A DNA stretch of 64,000 nucleotides from a virus, in the IMG/VR virus record IMGVR_UViG_3300035661_000010, one strand, 5' to 3'. The notes beneath the pieces were generated by a model. It saw nothing but the letters and a program-made list of their open reading frames with translations, did not search any database and was not told the origin of the DNA. Every line of letters starts with the position of its first letter. The stretch's first letter is position 1. The position numbers were made by a program, and so were the translations under genes. This document shows positions 17,259-27,121 of this stretch, in pieces.

Positions 17259-17622
17259 GAACAAGCCGTACATGTCACCTGAGTCGATGGCAGAGAAGAA
17301 GGCGGAAGAGGACAAGAAGCGCCAGCAGGTCGATGAGACCATCGGGCGCTGGACCATCGGCCTCGCCACTGCCATCCAGGCCAGCATAGATGACCTCAAG
17401 ATCCCACCGAGCAAGGGCGCGACGCTCATTGTTGCCACCACGCTCATGAGGATCGCGTGCCGACTCGTGAAGAAGAACGGGATCGAGACCGCCAAGTTCA
17501 TGGGCGCCTTCGAAGCCATCATGCAGAAGGAGTTTGCTCCTGCGGACGCGCAGCCAGAAGACGTGCCTCAGGTCACGCCACACGGAACGCCAGATGGCCG
17601 TCCCCTCATCGTTCTTGGGTGA
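17251..17622 (+). CDS. hypothetical protein
   Basis: overlap-coupled ORF. Confidence 0.65.
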   Translation: MSENKPYMSPESMAEKKAEEDKKRQQVDETIGRWTIGLATAIQASIDDLKIPPSKGATLIVATTLMRIACRLVKKNGIETAKFMGAFEAIMQKEFAPADAQPEDVPQVTPHGTPDGRPLIVLG

Positions 17623-17625
17623 CAC

Positions 17626-18249
17626 ATGGAGCCAAAGAAGATGACTCCGCTCGCCTCGTTCCAGGTCGCTGCTCTCCTCAAGGACATGTTCTCTTCGGAC
17701 CCAGAGACGGGATTTGCCCTACTCGACATCCATGCGCCGACCTCCATGCTCCTCCCGAGCAAGGTGCCGATCGAAACGGCTGGGCTGTATCGCGGGAGGC
17801 CGATCATTGATCTCCTCAGTGTCCTCAACGGCTTCGCGTTGCGAGCGCGCGGCGACTCCGTGGCTATCCCACGGGTGGGCGAGAATCATCGTCCGGCCCC
17901 AACGTTCGACTTTCGTGTCCAAGGTGTTGGAGATTCGTGCAAGCCGATCTTCGAACCAGAAGCGATGGTCGGCTACTTGAACGAGATCGTGAGGTGCGAC
18001 TTTCACGCGCTCTACTACCTGTTCGCTCCGACGATCTCCTGCAATGAGGCGATGGCAGATCGTGGTGACCTACCGATCAGATCGCCGATATCACCCGGGA
18101 AGATGGGCGCCCACGCATCCGTCTCTTTACTCGACGTCTTGAATGCCGCATGTGGGTATGGGGCCGACGCAACGTGTCTCATCTCCTTCTCGCCCCATGA
18201 ACCGGGCTTTGTTGTCGTAAGTCGGGACATGACGGACACTGTGATGTGA
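17626..18249 (+). CDS. hypothetical protein with internal duplication
   Basis: IDLLSVLNG and VSLLDVLNA in the two halves. Confidence 0.6.
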   Translation: MEPKKMTPLASFQVAALLKDMFSSDPETGFALLDIHAPTSMLLPSKVPIETAGLYRGRPIIDLLSVLNGFALRARGDSVAIPRVGENHRPAPTFDFRVQGVGDSCKPIFEPEAMVGYLNEIVRCDFHALYYLFAPTISCNEAMADRGDLPIRSPISPGKMGAHASVSLLDVLNAACGYGADATCLISFSPHEPGFVVVSRDMTDTVM

Positions 18250-18674
18250 GCTTTGATCGCAAGTTTCTCAACGGCATCCGGGATCGACTTGATCGCGTAA
18301 AGATGGATAAGACGTCGCTTCTTGCGAAGCTGTACGCGGACGACGTTGTCTGGCTCATCGGCCAACTAGAGCTCGCCCTTGCCAGGTGTGTCGATCTTCG
18401 AGGGGAAAACGAACGGCTCAAGAAGTCGCTCGACAACACAACCATGGACCTGAAGGCCGTCGCCGCCGGATATGAGCACGCATGCGAGCGCGCCGAGAAG
18501 TTGAAGAAGCAGATGGAGTCCGATGGCGTGCATCCAGATGAAGCCCGAAAGAGAGGACGCTTCTCGCTGACCGAAGAACAGATCGAGCATGCGGTGGACA
18601 AGACAAGGAACTCGATGCCACCCAAGCGGCGTCGCTCGACTCCGTGGATGCCGATTCCTTCGAGGAAGCGATGA
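18246..18674 (+). CDS. coiled-coil hypothetical protein
   Basis: GTGA coupling. Confidence 0.65.
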   Translation: MSFDRKFLNGIRDRLDRVKMDKTSLLAKLYADDVVWLIGQLELALARCVDLRGENERLKKSLDNTTMDLKAVAAGYEHACERAEKLKKQMESDGVHPDEARKRGRFSLTEEQIEHAVDKTRNSMPPKRRRSTPWMPIPSRKR

Positions 18675-19294
18675 GCGCGGTCAGCGGACGTCACTGTCGC
18701 CACTGCGGAAACATCTTCGTCGTTGCCAGTGGTTCGAAGAGAAGGTTCTGTTCAGACAGGTGCCAAGCACTCGCTGATGGTCGCTCGTGGAATGACCTTG
18801 CGAACACGGCCAGGGTCGATGGTGGCGACTACTGGAAGCTGCATCTGCCGGACCACCCGAATGCGAACAAGCAGGGCCACGTTTACGAGCACGTGTGGGT
18901 TGCGTCCATGAAGCTCGAAAGAGCGATCCTTGTAACCGAGGATGTGCACCACAAGAACGAAAACAAGCGAGATAACCGGCCTGAAAACCTGGAAGTGCTC
19001 ACGAAGAGTGGTCACCAGAGAGAGCACGCCGGCTGGTCTATGGTGGGTGGGCAGTGGAAGAAGCCATGCGGGCGATGCAAAGAATTGTTCCCAGCAACGC
19101 TTGATCACTTTTCTTCGCGAAATGCTGAAGGCACACTGTTGAGTAGCTACTGCAAGAAGTGCCAGACGGAACACAAGAGAGAGTATCGCGCGCAAGTGCT
19201 TGCGAAGGAGAACGACAATGAGAACGATTGCGATGACGACACATCCGGCAGCGCTGCTCGCAGCGATACTGCTTACGGAGACCCAGGAGGCTAG
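18671..19294 (+). CDS. HNH endonuclease with Zn fingers
   Basis: YEH...VHHKNENKRDNRPENLEVL...H; flanking CxxC pairs. Confidence 0.9.
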   Translation: MSAVSGRHCRHCGNIFVVASGSKRRFCSDRCQALADGRSWNDLANTARVDGGDYWKLHLPDHPNANKQGHVYEHVWVASMKLERAILVTEDVHHKNENKRDNRPENLEVLTKSGHQREHAGWSMVGGQWKKPCGRCKELFPATLDHFSSRNAEGTLLSSYCKKCQTEHKREYRAQVLAKENDNENDCDDDTSGSAARSDTAYGDPGG

Positions 19295-19817
19295 CCAGCC
19301 ACCGATTCAGGTCGATGCCGTCGACAAGGATGGAAACATCCTCGACCGTGTTGCGGACATAGCTGCACCAGGGGTGCTGGGGCTCACGGAGCCATCGGAC
19401 GAGTCGTCTGGTGAACCAGCCTCGAAAGAGATGTCGCGCGCTGAGCGTCGACGCATGGAGAAGGCAGCCGAGAGGGCGGCCATGCAGGGGCGACTCATCG
19501 TTCAGAGTAATGGTCCGAACAATCGTCAACGACGCGCTCAGGCAGCGCACGACCGCAAGATGAACGCCAAGAACAAGCAGTTCGCCGCCCGCATCAGGAA
19601 AGATGCTCCCGAGCTCAAGGCCAAGGTGCTCGACAACATCGACCGTCGCCTCAACGAGCTGGAGACGAAGACGGACGTGAACGGCATGGACCACGTCGAG
19701 ATCGAACAGCTCAAGACGGCGAAGAAGATCATGGAGGCGGACTCGGGCAACGAAGCGATGCGAGAAGCGCTCTTCGAAGCCGCAAAGGAAGCAATCGAGA
19801 AGGAGGTCTCTCAATGA
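19218..19817 (+). CDS. hypothetical protein
   Basis: SD AAGGAG inside the 3' end of the HNH gene. Confidence 0.7.
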   Translation: MRTIAMTTHPAALLAAILLTETQEASQPPIQVDAVDKDGNILDRVADIAAPGVLGLTEPSDESSGEPASKEMSRAERRRMEKAAERAAMQGRLIVQSNGPNNRQRRAQAAHDRKMNAKNKQFAARIRKDAPELKAKVLDNIDRRLNELETKTDVNGMDHVEIEQLKTAKKIMEADSGNEAMREALFEAAKEAIEKEVSQ

Positions 19818-20197
19818 GCGAGTTTCCCGCAGACGCCGGACACCGTGACTACCGAGATCTCGCGCAGCAGTTCTTGTTCGTCACCGGCGGGCCAAAGAAC
19901 GAGTGGACATCGGCAGATGTTGGGCGCGTGGCCGTGCAGCTCCAGGCCCTCGCTGAAGGAGGTGCGCTCGCCTTCCAAAAGTTGATGGACTCCGGTTGGT
20001 TCATCGGGCAGAAGATGACCGAGAACAAGTTGGACGCTATTCCAAAGATGGAGGAGGTCTGCGTCAGCGTCTCCACCGGGAGCCTGTACCAGCTACTCAC
20101 GGAGCGTCGGCTACTCGAGGCGCGCGTTCAGGAGCTTCTGGAAAGAAACACCGAGCTGCTCCTGGAGAACCAATCGCTCAAGGCCACTGCGCCGTGA
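19814..20197 (+). CDS. hypothetical protein
   Basis: SD AAGGAGG; C-terminal coiled coil. Confidence 0.7.
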   Translation: MSEFPADAGHRDYRDLAQQFLFVTGGPKNEWTSADVGRVAVQLQALAEGGALAFQKLMDSGWFIGQKMTENKLDAIPKMEEVCVSVSTGSLYQLLTERRLLEARVQELLERNTELLLENQSLKATAP

Positions 20198-20625
20198 GCG
20201 CATTTGTCAGTGTCCGCAAGGTTCTGGCTGGAGCCATCATCCCCGAGTACAAGACCCCTGGAGCGGTGGGCATGGACCTGTGTGCGGCCGAGGAGAAGTT
20301 CGTCTTCGCGGGAGGTCAGCGCGCATTCAGGACTGGCCTCGCGTTCTCGATCCCCGAGGGCCTCGAAGGGAGCATTCGCTCGCGTTCGGGACTGGCTTTC
20401 AACGACGGCATCCACGTGGTCGAAGGCACGATCGACCAAGACTATCGTGGAGAGGTGCGAGTGTTGCTCTTCAACGCTGGTCGCTCACCGTTCTTTGTTC
20501 ACACGGGCGATCGTATCGCTCAGATCGTTTTCAACCTGGTTGCTCGGGTCTCTCTCAAAGAAGAAGAGGTGCTCGAGGAAACCAAGAGAGGAACCAATGG
20601 CTTTGGATCAACAGGGCGCCGGTAA
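20194..20625 (+). CDS. dut: trimeric dUTPase
   Basis: motifs GMDL, RSGLA, GTIDQDYRGE, GDRIAQ, RGTNGFGSTG. Confidence 0.95.
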   Translation: MSAFVSVRKVLAGAIIPEYKTPGAVGMDLCAAEEKFVFAGGQRAFRTGLAFSIPEGLEGSIRSRSGLAFNDGIHVVEGTIDQDYRGEVRVLLFNAGRSPFFVHTGDRIAQIVFNLVARVSLKEEEVLEETKRGTNGFGSTGRR

Positions 20626-20869
20626 ACCGAAGCGTATAGCTCGCGCGTGGAAGTACTCCATCTGTGGGAACAAAGGGACGAAGCCGCATCTGCGTCGTCT
20701 CACCGACAACGGGAAGATGCTGGGCGGCATAGCGGACACGAAGTCGCTCTGCAACAAGCACGTGGCGTACGACCACTTGACCGAGATCAGCGAAGAAGCC
20801 TTGCGAAAAGTCTGTCCTCACTGCGTTCGTGCGTATCGGAAGTACACTGCTGGTACACCGCAGAACTGA
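20597..20869 (+). CDS. Cys/His-rich hypothetical protein
   Basis: SD GAGG; H...LC...CPHC. Confidence 0.5.
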   Translation: MALDQQGAGKPKRIARAWKYSICGNKGTKPHLRRLTDNGKMLGGIADTKSLCNKHVAYDHLTEISEEALRKVCPHCVRAYRKYTAGTPQN

Positions 20870-20880
20870 GGGAGACGAAG

Positions 20881-21225
20881 ATGGCCAAGATCATGGCGCC
20901 GTTCGCGCGCGAGTACCTGAAAACGCATCCGACAGCAGGGAAGCTCGCGGAGGATGGAAGCGCACACGTTCCTGACATACAGGTCGCTATGTCTGGCTCT
21001 GGAGCAGTGCTGTCCTTCCACCCGTTTCGTGATGCCGTGATCGCATCGGCTACGTACCTGATGCTGGATGCGGATCGCACCGGGCTGCATCCGAACGCCA
21101 TCCAGAAGGAGGACGTGAAGAAGCTTCATGAGATCGCCCCTGGGACCACTGTCTATGTTCCGTTCGATGGGAAGTGGTTGTTGGGCCAGATCGTCACGAT
21201 GGCCGAACTCCGCGGCATGACATGA
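20881..21225 (+). CDS. hypothetical protein
   Basis: SD GGGAG. Confidence 0.7.
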   Translation: MAKIMAPFAREYLKTHPTAGKLAEDGSAHVPDIQVAMSGSGAVLSFHPFRDAVIASATYLMLDADRTGLHPNAIQKEDVKKLHEIAPGTTVYVPFDGKWLLGQIVTMAELRGMT

Positions 21226-21379
21226 AACCTTCCGTGCTTCGCTCAGGCAGGGTGAGTCTGCTACCGTGTTTCTGAGACACGGTTCGGACCCTGCCATGAA
21301 GACCTGGATGACGAAGATGCGCACGAATCCTGGCTCCATGTCTTCGCAAGTGATTGCGGTACGTGAGGAGAGCTAGACC

Positions 21380-22237
21380 ATGACCATTGCCGCCGCCGTC
21401 AAGTACACCCAGAACGCTGTTGTCGGCTCTGCTGGTGTCGCCTACATGGGCGTGACCGGACTCGCGGTTACCGTCGCGAATGGCGACGACACGGGGGTCG
21501 TGGCGTGGAAGTTCGAGGTGCTCGACGTTCCCATAGGGAGCTCTGTACCGACAGGTGTCGTGCAGAGCGGTATCACGGCGACATGGACGTTCACGCCTGA
21601 CGTCGCCGGAGGGTACCTGGTACGCATCACGGTGACCGATGCACTGGGCAACACGGTCATGAGCATCGCGCTCTGTTTCGGCGTACTGGAGGCCACGGGT
21701 CGCTTTGTGCCGCCGTTTGCGGCCATCGGCGCGTCGGTAAACTTCACGAGCCAGGCGCGTGGCTGGGCGAAGTACGTGAACCAGTACCTGAAGCAGATCG
21801 ACCTCATCGGCGGCACGACAGACGCGAACACGGCTGTCACCATGCAACCGAACACGGATTGGCAAGGCACGCCACGCGTCATCGGAGGCAAGGGCCTGAT
21901 CCAGACCACGAACAACACGCCCGCCGACAGTTCGCAACTCCACACGATCACGTCGGGCAAGACCTGTACGTTCTACGCGGACGTGGTTGCGACGCAGACG
22001 GCGGGCGCCGGCAATCCGGACTCGGCCGAGTTCCAGATCAAGTGCGTCATCAGAAACGACGGTGGTGTGCTGACGCAGGTCATGGCTCCAGCTCCTGTCG
22101 ACATGCACGCGAACACGACGGGCACCGCATGGTTCGCTGGGTTCGTACTCTCAGGGGCTGGTGTGAAGATCGAAGTCACAGGGGACACCGGCAAGAACGT
22201 CGATTGGACGTACACGTTCTCGGCGCAGGAGGGGTGA
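21380..22237 (+). CDS. putative virion protein with PKD/Ig-like domain
   Basis: WTFTPDVAGGYLVRITVTDALG; Thr/Gly/Val-rich. Confidence 0.65.
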   Translation: MTIAAAVKYTQNAVVGSAGVAYMGVTGLAVTVANGDDTGVVAWKFEVLDVPIGSSVPTGVVQSGITATWTFTPDVAGGYLVRITVTDALGNTVMSIALCFGVLEATGRFVPPFAAIGASVNFTSQARGWAKYVNQYLKQIDLIGGTTDANTAVTMQPNTDWQGTPRVIGGKGLIQTTNNTPADSSQLHTITSGKTCTFYADVVATQTAGAGNPDSAEFQIKCVIRNDGGVLTQVMAPAPVDMHANTTGTAWFAGFVLSGAGVKIEVTGDTGKNVDWTYTFSAQEG

Positions 22238-22238
22238 G

Positions 22239-22475
22239 ATGCCTGCTGTAGTCGGACTACCCACCATCGTCATCACGAACGCGCCAGGAACGTTTCCGCC
22301 CATCATCACGAAAGTCACGCCTAGTGATCTCTCAGCAGGCATCAGCGTTCTGGTGACGATCGAAGGTCATCTGCTCAGTGGAACGATTTCGGTAACGCTC
22401 GCTGGAGTCGCGGCGACATCGGTCAGCAACATCTCGGACAGCAAGATCACTTGCATGTCCGGTCTCTACCCCTAG
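22239..22475 (+). CDS. partial IPT/TIG-like domain protein
   Basis: PIITKVTPS...VTIEG..L....VTLAG...SDSKITC. Confidence 0.6.
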   Translation: MPAVVGLPTIVITNAPGTFPPIITKVTPSDLSAGISVLVTIEGHLLSGTISVTLAGVAATSVSNISDSKITCMSGLYP

Positions 22476-22494
22476 TCAGTGAGAGAAGAACGTA

Positions 22495-23472
22495 ATGGCG
22501 AACGCATATTGTTTGAATCAGGTACCCGCGCTCTACGGCAACGCGTGGTTTCTGTTGTTCACCATGCTGACAAGTGCTGGCTGGACGGTGAAGGCGTCTG
22601 GGGACGGTCTCTCGGCCTACAGCTCTACGACGACCGTCTTCAGTGCAGGCAACACGGGCGCACCAGGAGCGAACGCGTTCGGACAGAACAAGGCGTGGAT
22701 CCGACTCCAGGATCCCGGCGTCGGCCGTGAGATCATCTTCCAGCGCGACGGAACAAGCGGTCTTCGTGCGAAGTATTCGCCCAGCGCGAAGTTCACAGGC
22801 GGCTCGGGCTCAGCAACCCAGACGCCGAGCGCCACCGATGAGCAGTATCTGCTTGGTGGCGGTACCGATGCTGTTCCGACGTTTCAGGTGACTCTTCCTT
22901 CTGCCGCGAACACCGGGACGGCCAAGTTCCAGGGCGCAGCGATGGGAACTGCACCCTATGGTTTCTGGTTCGCATGCACGGTCGTTGGATCGGGCAGCAC
23001 GAACATGGCCATCATGATGGACCCTGTCACTGGAGACCCGTCCGACAACGACCCGGTACAGTTCCACATGGCAAATGGGACCAACGCTGGATTCAGGGCA
23101 GCTACGCTTGGTGATTCGACCCAGGGTCCGATAAACGCGGGCGGTGCGTACAATCCCGCGTTCTACAACACGGGCAAGACGACGTGGCTCTCGTCGGCTG
23201 CACTGGGGTTCGTTGTTCCGCCAAGCGGTGTTCAAGTAGCTGGCAGTGGAGGGGCAGTGTCTCCGTTCGGAGGGTCCATCGTTGGACTGCCGATCTTCTG
23301 GTATCGCAACGGCGCGCTCGCCACGGCGCAAGGACAGAAGGGCGTGTCGTCGATGATGAGGTGGACCGGTGTCGCCAGGACGACGTTCGTCGATACCGCT
23401 GGAGCCAAAGCCTGGCTCTGCGTCGGTGACGTCTATCTGCCCTGGGATGGAACCACTGTTGCAACGAACTGA
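22495..23472 (+). CDS. putative virion structural protein
   Basis: Gly/Ala/Thr-rich beta-type composition. Confidence 0.6.
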   Translation: MANAYCLNQVPALYGNAWFLLFTMLTSAGWTVKASGDGLSAYSSTTTVFSAGNTGAPGANAFGQNKAWIRLQDPGVGREIIFQRDGTSGLRAKYSPSAKFTGGSGSATQTPSATDEQYLLGGGTDAVPTFQVTLPSAANTGTAKFQGAAMGTAPYGFWFACTVVGSGSTNMAIMMDPVTGDPSDNDPVQFHMANGTNAGFRAATLGDSTQGPINAGGAYNPAFYNTGKTTWLSSAALGFVVPPSGVQVAGSGGAVSPFGGSIVGLPIFWYRNGALATAQGQKGVSSMMRWTGVARTTFVDTAGAKAWLCVGDVYLPWDGTTVATN

Positions 23473-23474
23473 TC

Positions 23475-23771
23475 ATGGCAGACGTACCCATCATTGATCT
23501 GAATGCGACGTTCATCGCACGGGATGAGCTCAAAGACGTAGACGACCTGTCGTTGATCGACTCCGTGTATGCGCTCTTTGTGTCGGATGGGAACACGCTC
23601 ATCCCGTTCGATGAGGCACCGTTTCAGAACTTCCAGATCACAAGAACGAAGGTGAACTCGTTCCTCACGTGGACGTTCGCATTCAGGGCGAACCTGTACA
23701 GCCAGAACGCCAGCGTAACGACTGGGATCGGGGCAAACAACCCGAACACGTTCATCACGGTCTACTACTGA
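23475..23771 (+). CDS. hypothetical protein
   Basis: closely coupled ORF. Confidence 0.6.
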   Translation: MADVPIIDLNATFIARDELKDVDDLSLIDSVYALFVSDGNTLIPFDEAPFQNFQITRTKVNSFLTWTFAFRANLYSQNASVTTGIGANNPNTFITVYY

Positions 23772-23781
23772 AAGGCATGTA

Positions 23782-25902
23782 GTGTCCGTCAAGACCCACC
23801 TCGGTCGTCATCGATCAGAGCGCTCCAAAGAGGAGGAGATGAAGATCCTGCTCGAGGAGCTCGACAACCTCGACGACGATGAGCGTGAGGCCGTTCACGT
23901 CATGCTCTCAGAGACGCTGAAGAATCGACCCTTCGAGTCGGTGAAGACGCATCGTCTGCCGGATGGAACGGTGCTCGAAGACCGAGGCAAGCCGCTCTTC
24001 GATCTGATCCAAGAGACGGAGTACCTGAAGCAGGTCGTTGATGTCGACACCTGGATTAAGGACTCGTATTTCATGGGTCAGTGCGCGTTCAAGTGGCCGA
24101 GGTGGCAGGAGGACTTGAGGGAGCTTTTTGGACCGAGCGGCTACCACGAGGCGATCCTCACGGGCGCCATCGGCATCGGCAAGAGCACATTCGTCGAGAT
24201 GGCGCTCCTGCGCATGATCTACGAGTACTCCTGCCTTCGGAATCCGCAGCGCACCTACGGCTTGATGCCGGGCGATAAGATCTATATCGTCGTCTTGAAC
24301 GTGAATACGGACCTCGCCCAGAAGGTCGTCTTCGAAGGGCTAGTCAACAAGCTCGAACAGAGTCCGTACTTCCAGAAAGAGTACGAGTTCGAGGCGACGC
24401 AGAAGGTCATTCGATTCCCGAATGGGCTCAGAATCATTCCGCGAGCGAGCACCGATACCAGCGCACTCGGCCTCAACGTCATTGGAGGCGTTCTCTCGGA
24501 GGTGAACTTCAACGATGGAGGTCACTTCGATTCGAAGCGTCAGGCGTCCGCAACCACGGCTTCGCGTTCGCGCCATGGCATCGAGATGGACATCGGCAAG
24601 GTGTACTCGGAGCTGATCACGCGCTTGAAGTCACGATTCGGTCGCGTCGGAAAGTTACCAGGCCTGTTCCTCCTGGACAGCTCGAAGAAGGACCAGTCCG
24701 ACTTCACCGAGACGCACATGATCGAGGTGAAGGACGATCCGTTCGTCTTCGTGCGCGACTACGCCATGTGGGATGTACAGCCAGCCGACCGCTTCTCGAA
24801 GAAGAAGTTTCGCGTCTTCGTGGGTGACGAGAAGGTGAGCTCACGCATTCTGGGTCCGGACGAGGATGTTCATCCGATTCCTGGAAGCGCGCAGCAGATC
24901 ATCGAGGTCCCGGATAACTGGCGCCTCCAGTTCGAACGCAACCTGGATGCTGCCATTCGCAACGTGGCCGGTATCGCAACGATCTCCATCGATCGCCTCT
25001 TCAGCACCATGCAGAACATCCGCGATTCGATGGACCGTGCAAAGAAGCTGATGCCGTCTCCATTCGCGGCCGATACCGTCGTGTTCGAGAACGATGTGGC
25101 TGTGGACTGGACAAAGATCTCGCACATCGTCGATGGCGCATGGGCCCTGAAATATGATCCGAGGGCCGAGCACGCAGTCCACTTCGACATCGCGTTCCGA
25201 CGCGATCGGTTTGGTATGGCTTTCGGCTACCTGGCCGGCGTGAAGATGGTCGAACGAGTCATCGGCGGAGAGATCGTCCTTGAGCGAGCGCCGATCATCG
25301 TCATTCGGGCCGTCCTCGGCATCGAGGCGCCTCGCGACGGAGAAGTGAAGATCGGCATCGGTAGAGCCGTGCTCTGGTCAGCCATGAAGCACGGGCTCCG
25401 AGTGCGCTGGGGATCGTGTGATCAGTATCAGTCTGTCGAAACGCTCCAGAAAATGGAGGCAAAGGGCATCGACACTGATCAGATCAGTGTCGAGGGCGAA
25501 GAGGCGTACTTGATGCTTCGCGACGCGTTCATGGAGGACAGGCTCTTGTGCGTCGACAACTCGGTCTTGTACGACGAGTTGAAGCACCTCGTGCACGACA
25601 AGGCAAGAGGCAAGGTCGATCACCCACCTGGCAAGTCCAAGGACATCGCAGACGGCATCTGCGGCGTCGTCTACAGGCTGACCAAGATGTTCTTGGCCGA
25701 CGAAGCAAGACCGCTCATCGGAGATCCGACCATCGGTGTCAGCGAGCTGTACCAGGCAGAGGACGAGGACGAGGAGACATGGGTTCTGGATGGGACGGCG
25801 CGCCCACTGGAGCATGGAGAGCAGAAGGGCCGCCTTGTTGGAGGGTCTGCGGGGGCCACCGACGTGAATCCGAAGCGTCGCAAGAACTTCATATTGAGGT
25901 GA
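23782..25902 (+). CDS. terminase large subunit
   Basis: Walker A GAIGIGKST; GGVLSEVNF Walker B-like; nuclease HFD..RRD; KVDHPPGKSKDIADG (start could be 23839). Confidence 0.92.
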   Translation: MSVKTHLGRHRSERSKEEEMKILLEELDNLDDDEREAVHVMLSETLKNRPFESVKTHRLPDGTVLEDRGKPLFDLIQETEYLKQVVDVDTWIKDSYFMGQCAFKWPRWQEDLRELFGPSGYHEAILTGAIGIGKSTFVEMALLRMIYEYSCLRNPQRTYGLMPGDKIYIVVLNVNTDLAQKVVFEGLVNKLEQSPYFQKEYEFEATQKVIRFPNGLRIIPRASTDTSALGLNVIGGVLSEVNFNDGGHFDSKRQASATTASRSRHGIEMDIGKVYSELITRLKSRFGRVGKLPGLFLLDSSKKDQSDFTETHMIEVKDDPFVFVRDYAMWDVQPADRFSKKKFRVFVGDEKVSSRILGPDEDVHPIPGSAQQIIEVPDNWRLQFERNLDAAIRNVAGIATISIDRLFSTMQNIRDSMDRAKKLMPSPFAADTVVFENDVAVDWTKISHIVDGAWALKYDPRAEHAVHFDIAFRRDRFGMAFGYLAGVKMVERVIGGEIVLERAPIIVIRAVLGIEAPRDGEVKIGIGRAVLWSAMKHGLRVRWGSCDQYQSVETLQKMEAKGIDTDQISVEGEEAYLMLRDAFMEDRLLCVDNSVLYDELKHLVHDKARGKVDHPPGKSKDIADGICGVVYRLTKMFLADEARPLIGDPTIGVSELYQAEDEDEETWVLDGTARPLEHGEQKGRLVGGSAGATDVNPKRRKNFILR

Positions 25903-25905
25903 TCG

Positions 25906-26352
25906 ATGCTCCTGGTCCCCTCATGCTTCTGTGGTGGTGAGCTTGGCTCGATGGAGAAGAAAGCATCGCAGGCTTTCACGCGTATTCAGTTTCGAAGCCT
26001 TGGCTACACGGACAAGGACGCGCTCGCGCAAGCGATTGCGATAGATGACCGAAGAATCAGGCTCGTTTGTGAAAAGTGTGAGCAGAAGTACATCGTTGCC
26101 GGCGACAAGAAGACCTTCGTTGCCTGCTTGTGCGATGAGCCAATGACGTTCTTGGCAGAGAACAAGAACGTCCGATCCTGGCAGTGGCTCGAACAGAGGT
26201 GGTATTGCAAGGAATGTGACTACACGGCGACGATAGGTCGGCTTCTTGAGCGCGGCTCGATATTCGTGTGGCATGAAAAGGGTGGCGCGTTGCGGCGAAG
26301 AGCCATCTCGGCCCGATCGATCAAAGAAAGAGATGTAAGGAGGACGCGATGA
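25906..26352 (+). CDS. Zn-finger hypothetical protein
   Basis: SD GAGGTGATC; CEKC, CLC, CKEC. Confidence 0.6.
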   Translation: MLLVPSCFCGGELGSMEKKASQAFTRIQFRSLGYTDKDALAQAIAIDDRRIRLVCEKCEQKYIVAGDKKTFVACLCDEPMTFLAENKNVRSWQWLEQRWYCKECDYTATIGRLLERGSIFVWHEKGGALRRRAISARSIKERDVRRTR

Positions 26353-27077
26353 ACCATCAGAGAATCCATTCGGCCAAAGCACTCGGTGCGTATCTGGAGT
26401 CCGTTCTCGACGGTCCGCTACCCGGTACCAAGGAAGACGACATCGAGCGAGCTGCCGGCGGTCCTGGTCAGAACCAGAAGAACACGACCGATGAAGAGAT
26501 GGGCATGGGCGAGGGCGACCTCGACGAGCCGCAGGACGAGACAGACGACAACGAACTGAAGCCGAAACAGGAGTCGACCATGAGTGGTGTGCGCGAGCTG
26601 ACAGGCATGTTCGAGAGCGTGATGGGCGAGGCGGGAAAGAAGGGGTACAAGCAGGTCGAAATCGCAGACCTCAAGAAGCTCGTGCCGGAGGCAAAGCTCC
26701 TCAAGTGCAAGACCTCTCGCGAGGCGTATGAGATGCTGATCAATGCAGAGAAGAAGCTGGTCGACGACTGGTCGAAGCAGTATGCCGAGGTCGGCGAGGC
26801 AGACCACACGAAGATGATGGACTACGTGGACAATCTGTTCGCGAAGAACAACAAGGACAGCGGTGACAAGTACTGGGAGGGCCTGCGCAGCGGCAACCTG
26901 CTCAGAAGCTTCAGCATGAGCGATCGCGTTGGCGTCGACATGGCCATCAAGAAGCTTCGCATCTTCGCAGACGATCCGGTTGAAGCGCCAGAGTGGAAGG
27001 CGTTTCTGAAGTACGCGGAAGAAGAGGGCGTGTCCAAGCAAGCGATCTCGAAGCTGGTGGCCTGGGAGAAGTCGTAA
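26349..27077 (+). CDS. acidic leader-bearing protein with internal in-frame start at 26580
   Basis: SD at both 26349 and 26580; MSGVRELTGMFESVMGEA. Confidence 0.7.
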   Translation: MNHQRIHSAKALGAYLESVLDGPLPGTKEDDIERAAGGPGQNQKNTTDEEMGMGEGDLDEPQDETDDNELKPKQESTMSGVRELTGMFESVMGEAGKKGYKQVEIADLKKLVPEAKLLKCKTSREAYEMLINAEKKLVDDWSKQYAEVGEADHTKMMDYVDNLFAKNNKDSGDKYWEGLRSGNLLRSFSMSDRVGVDMAIKKLRIFADDPVEAPEWKAFLKYAEEEGVSKQAISKLVAWEKS

Positions 27078-27121
27078 CCAGGCTTGAAGTAACCGCTTCC
27101 GAAGTAAGGTAGGCTCCAGAA

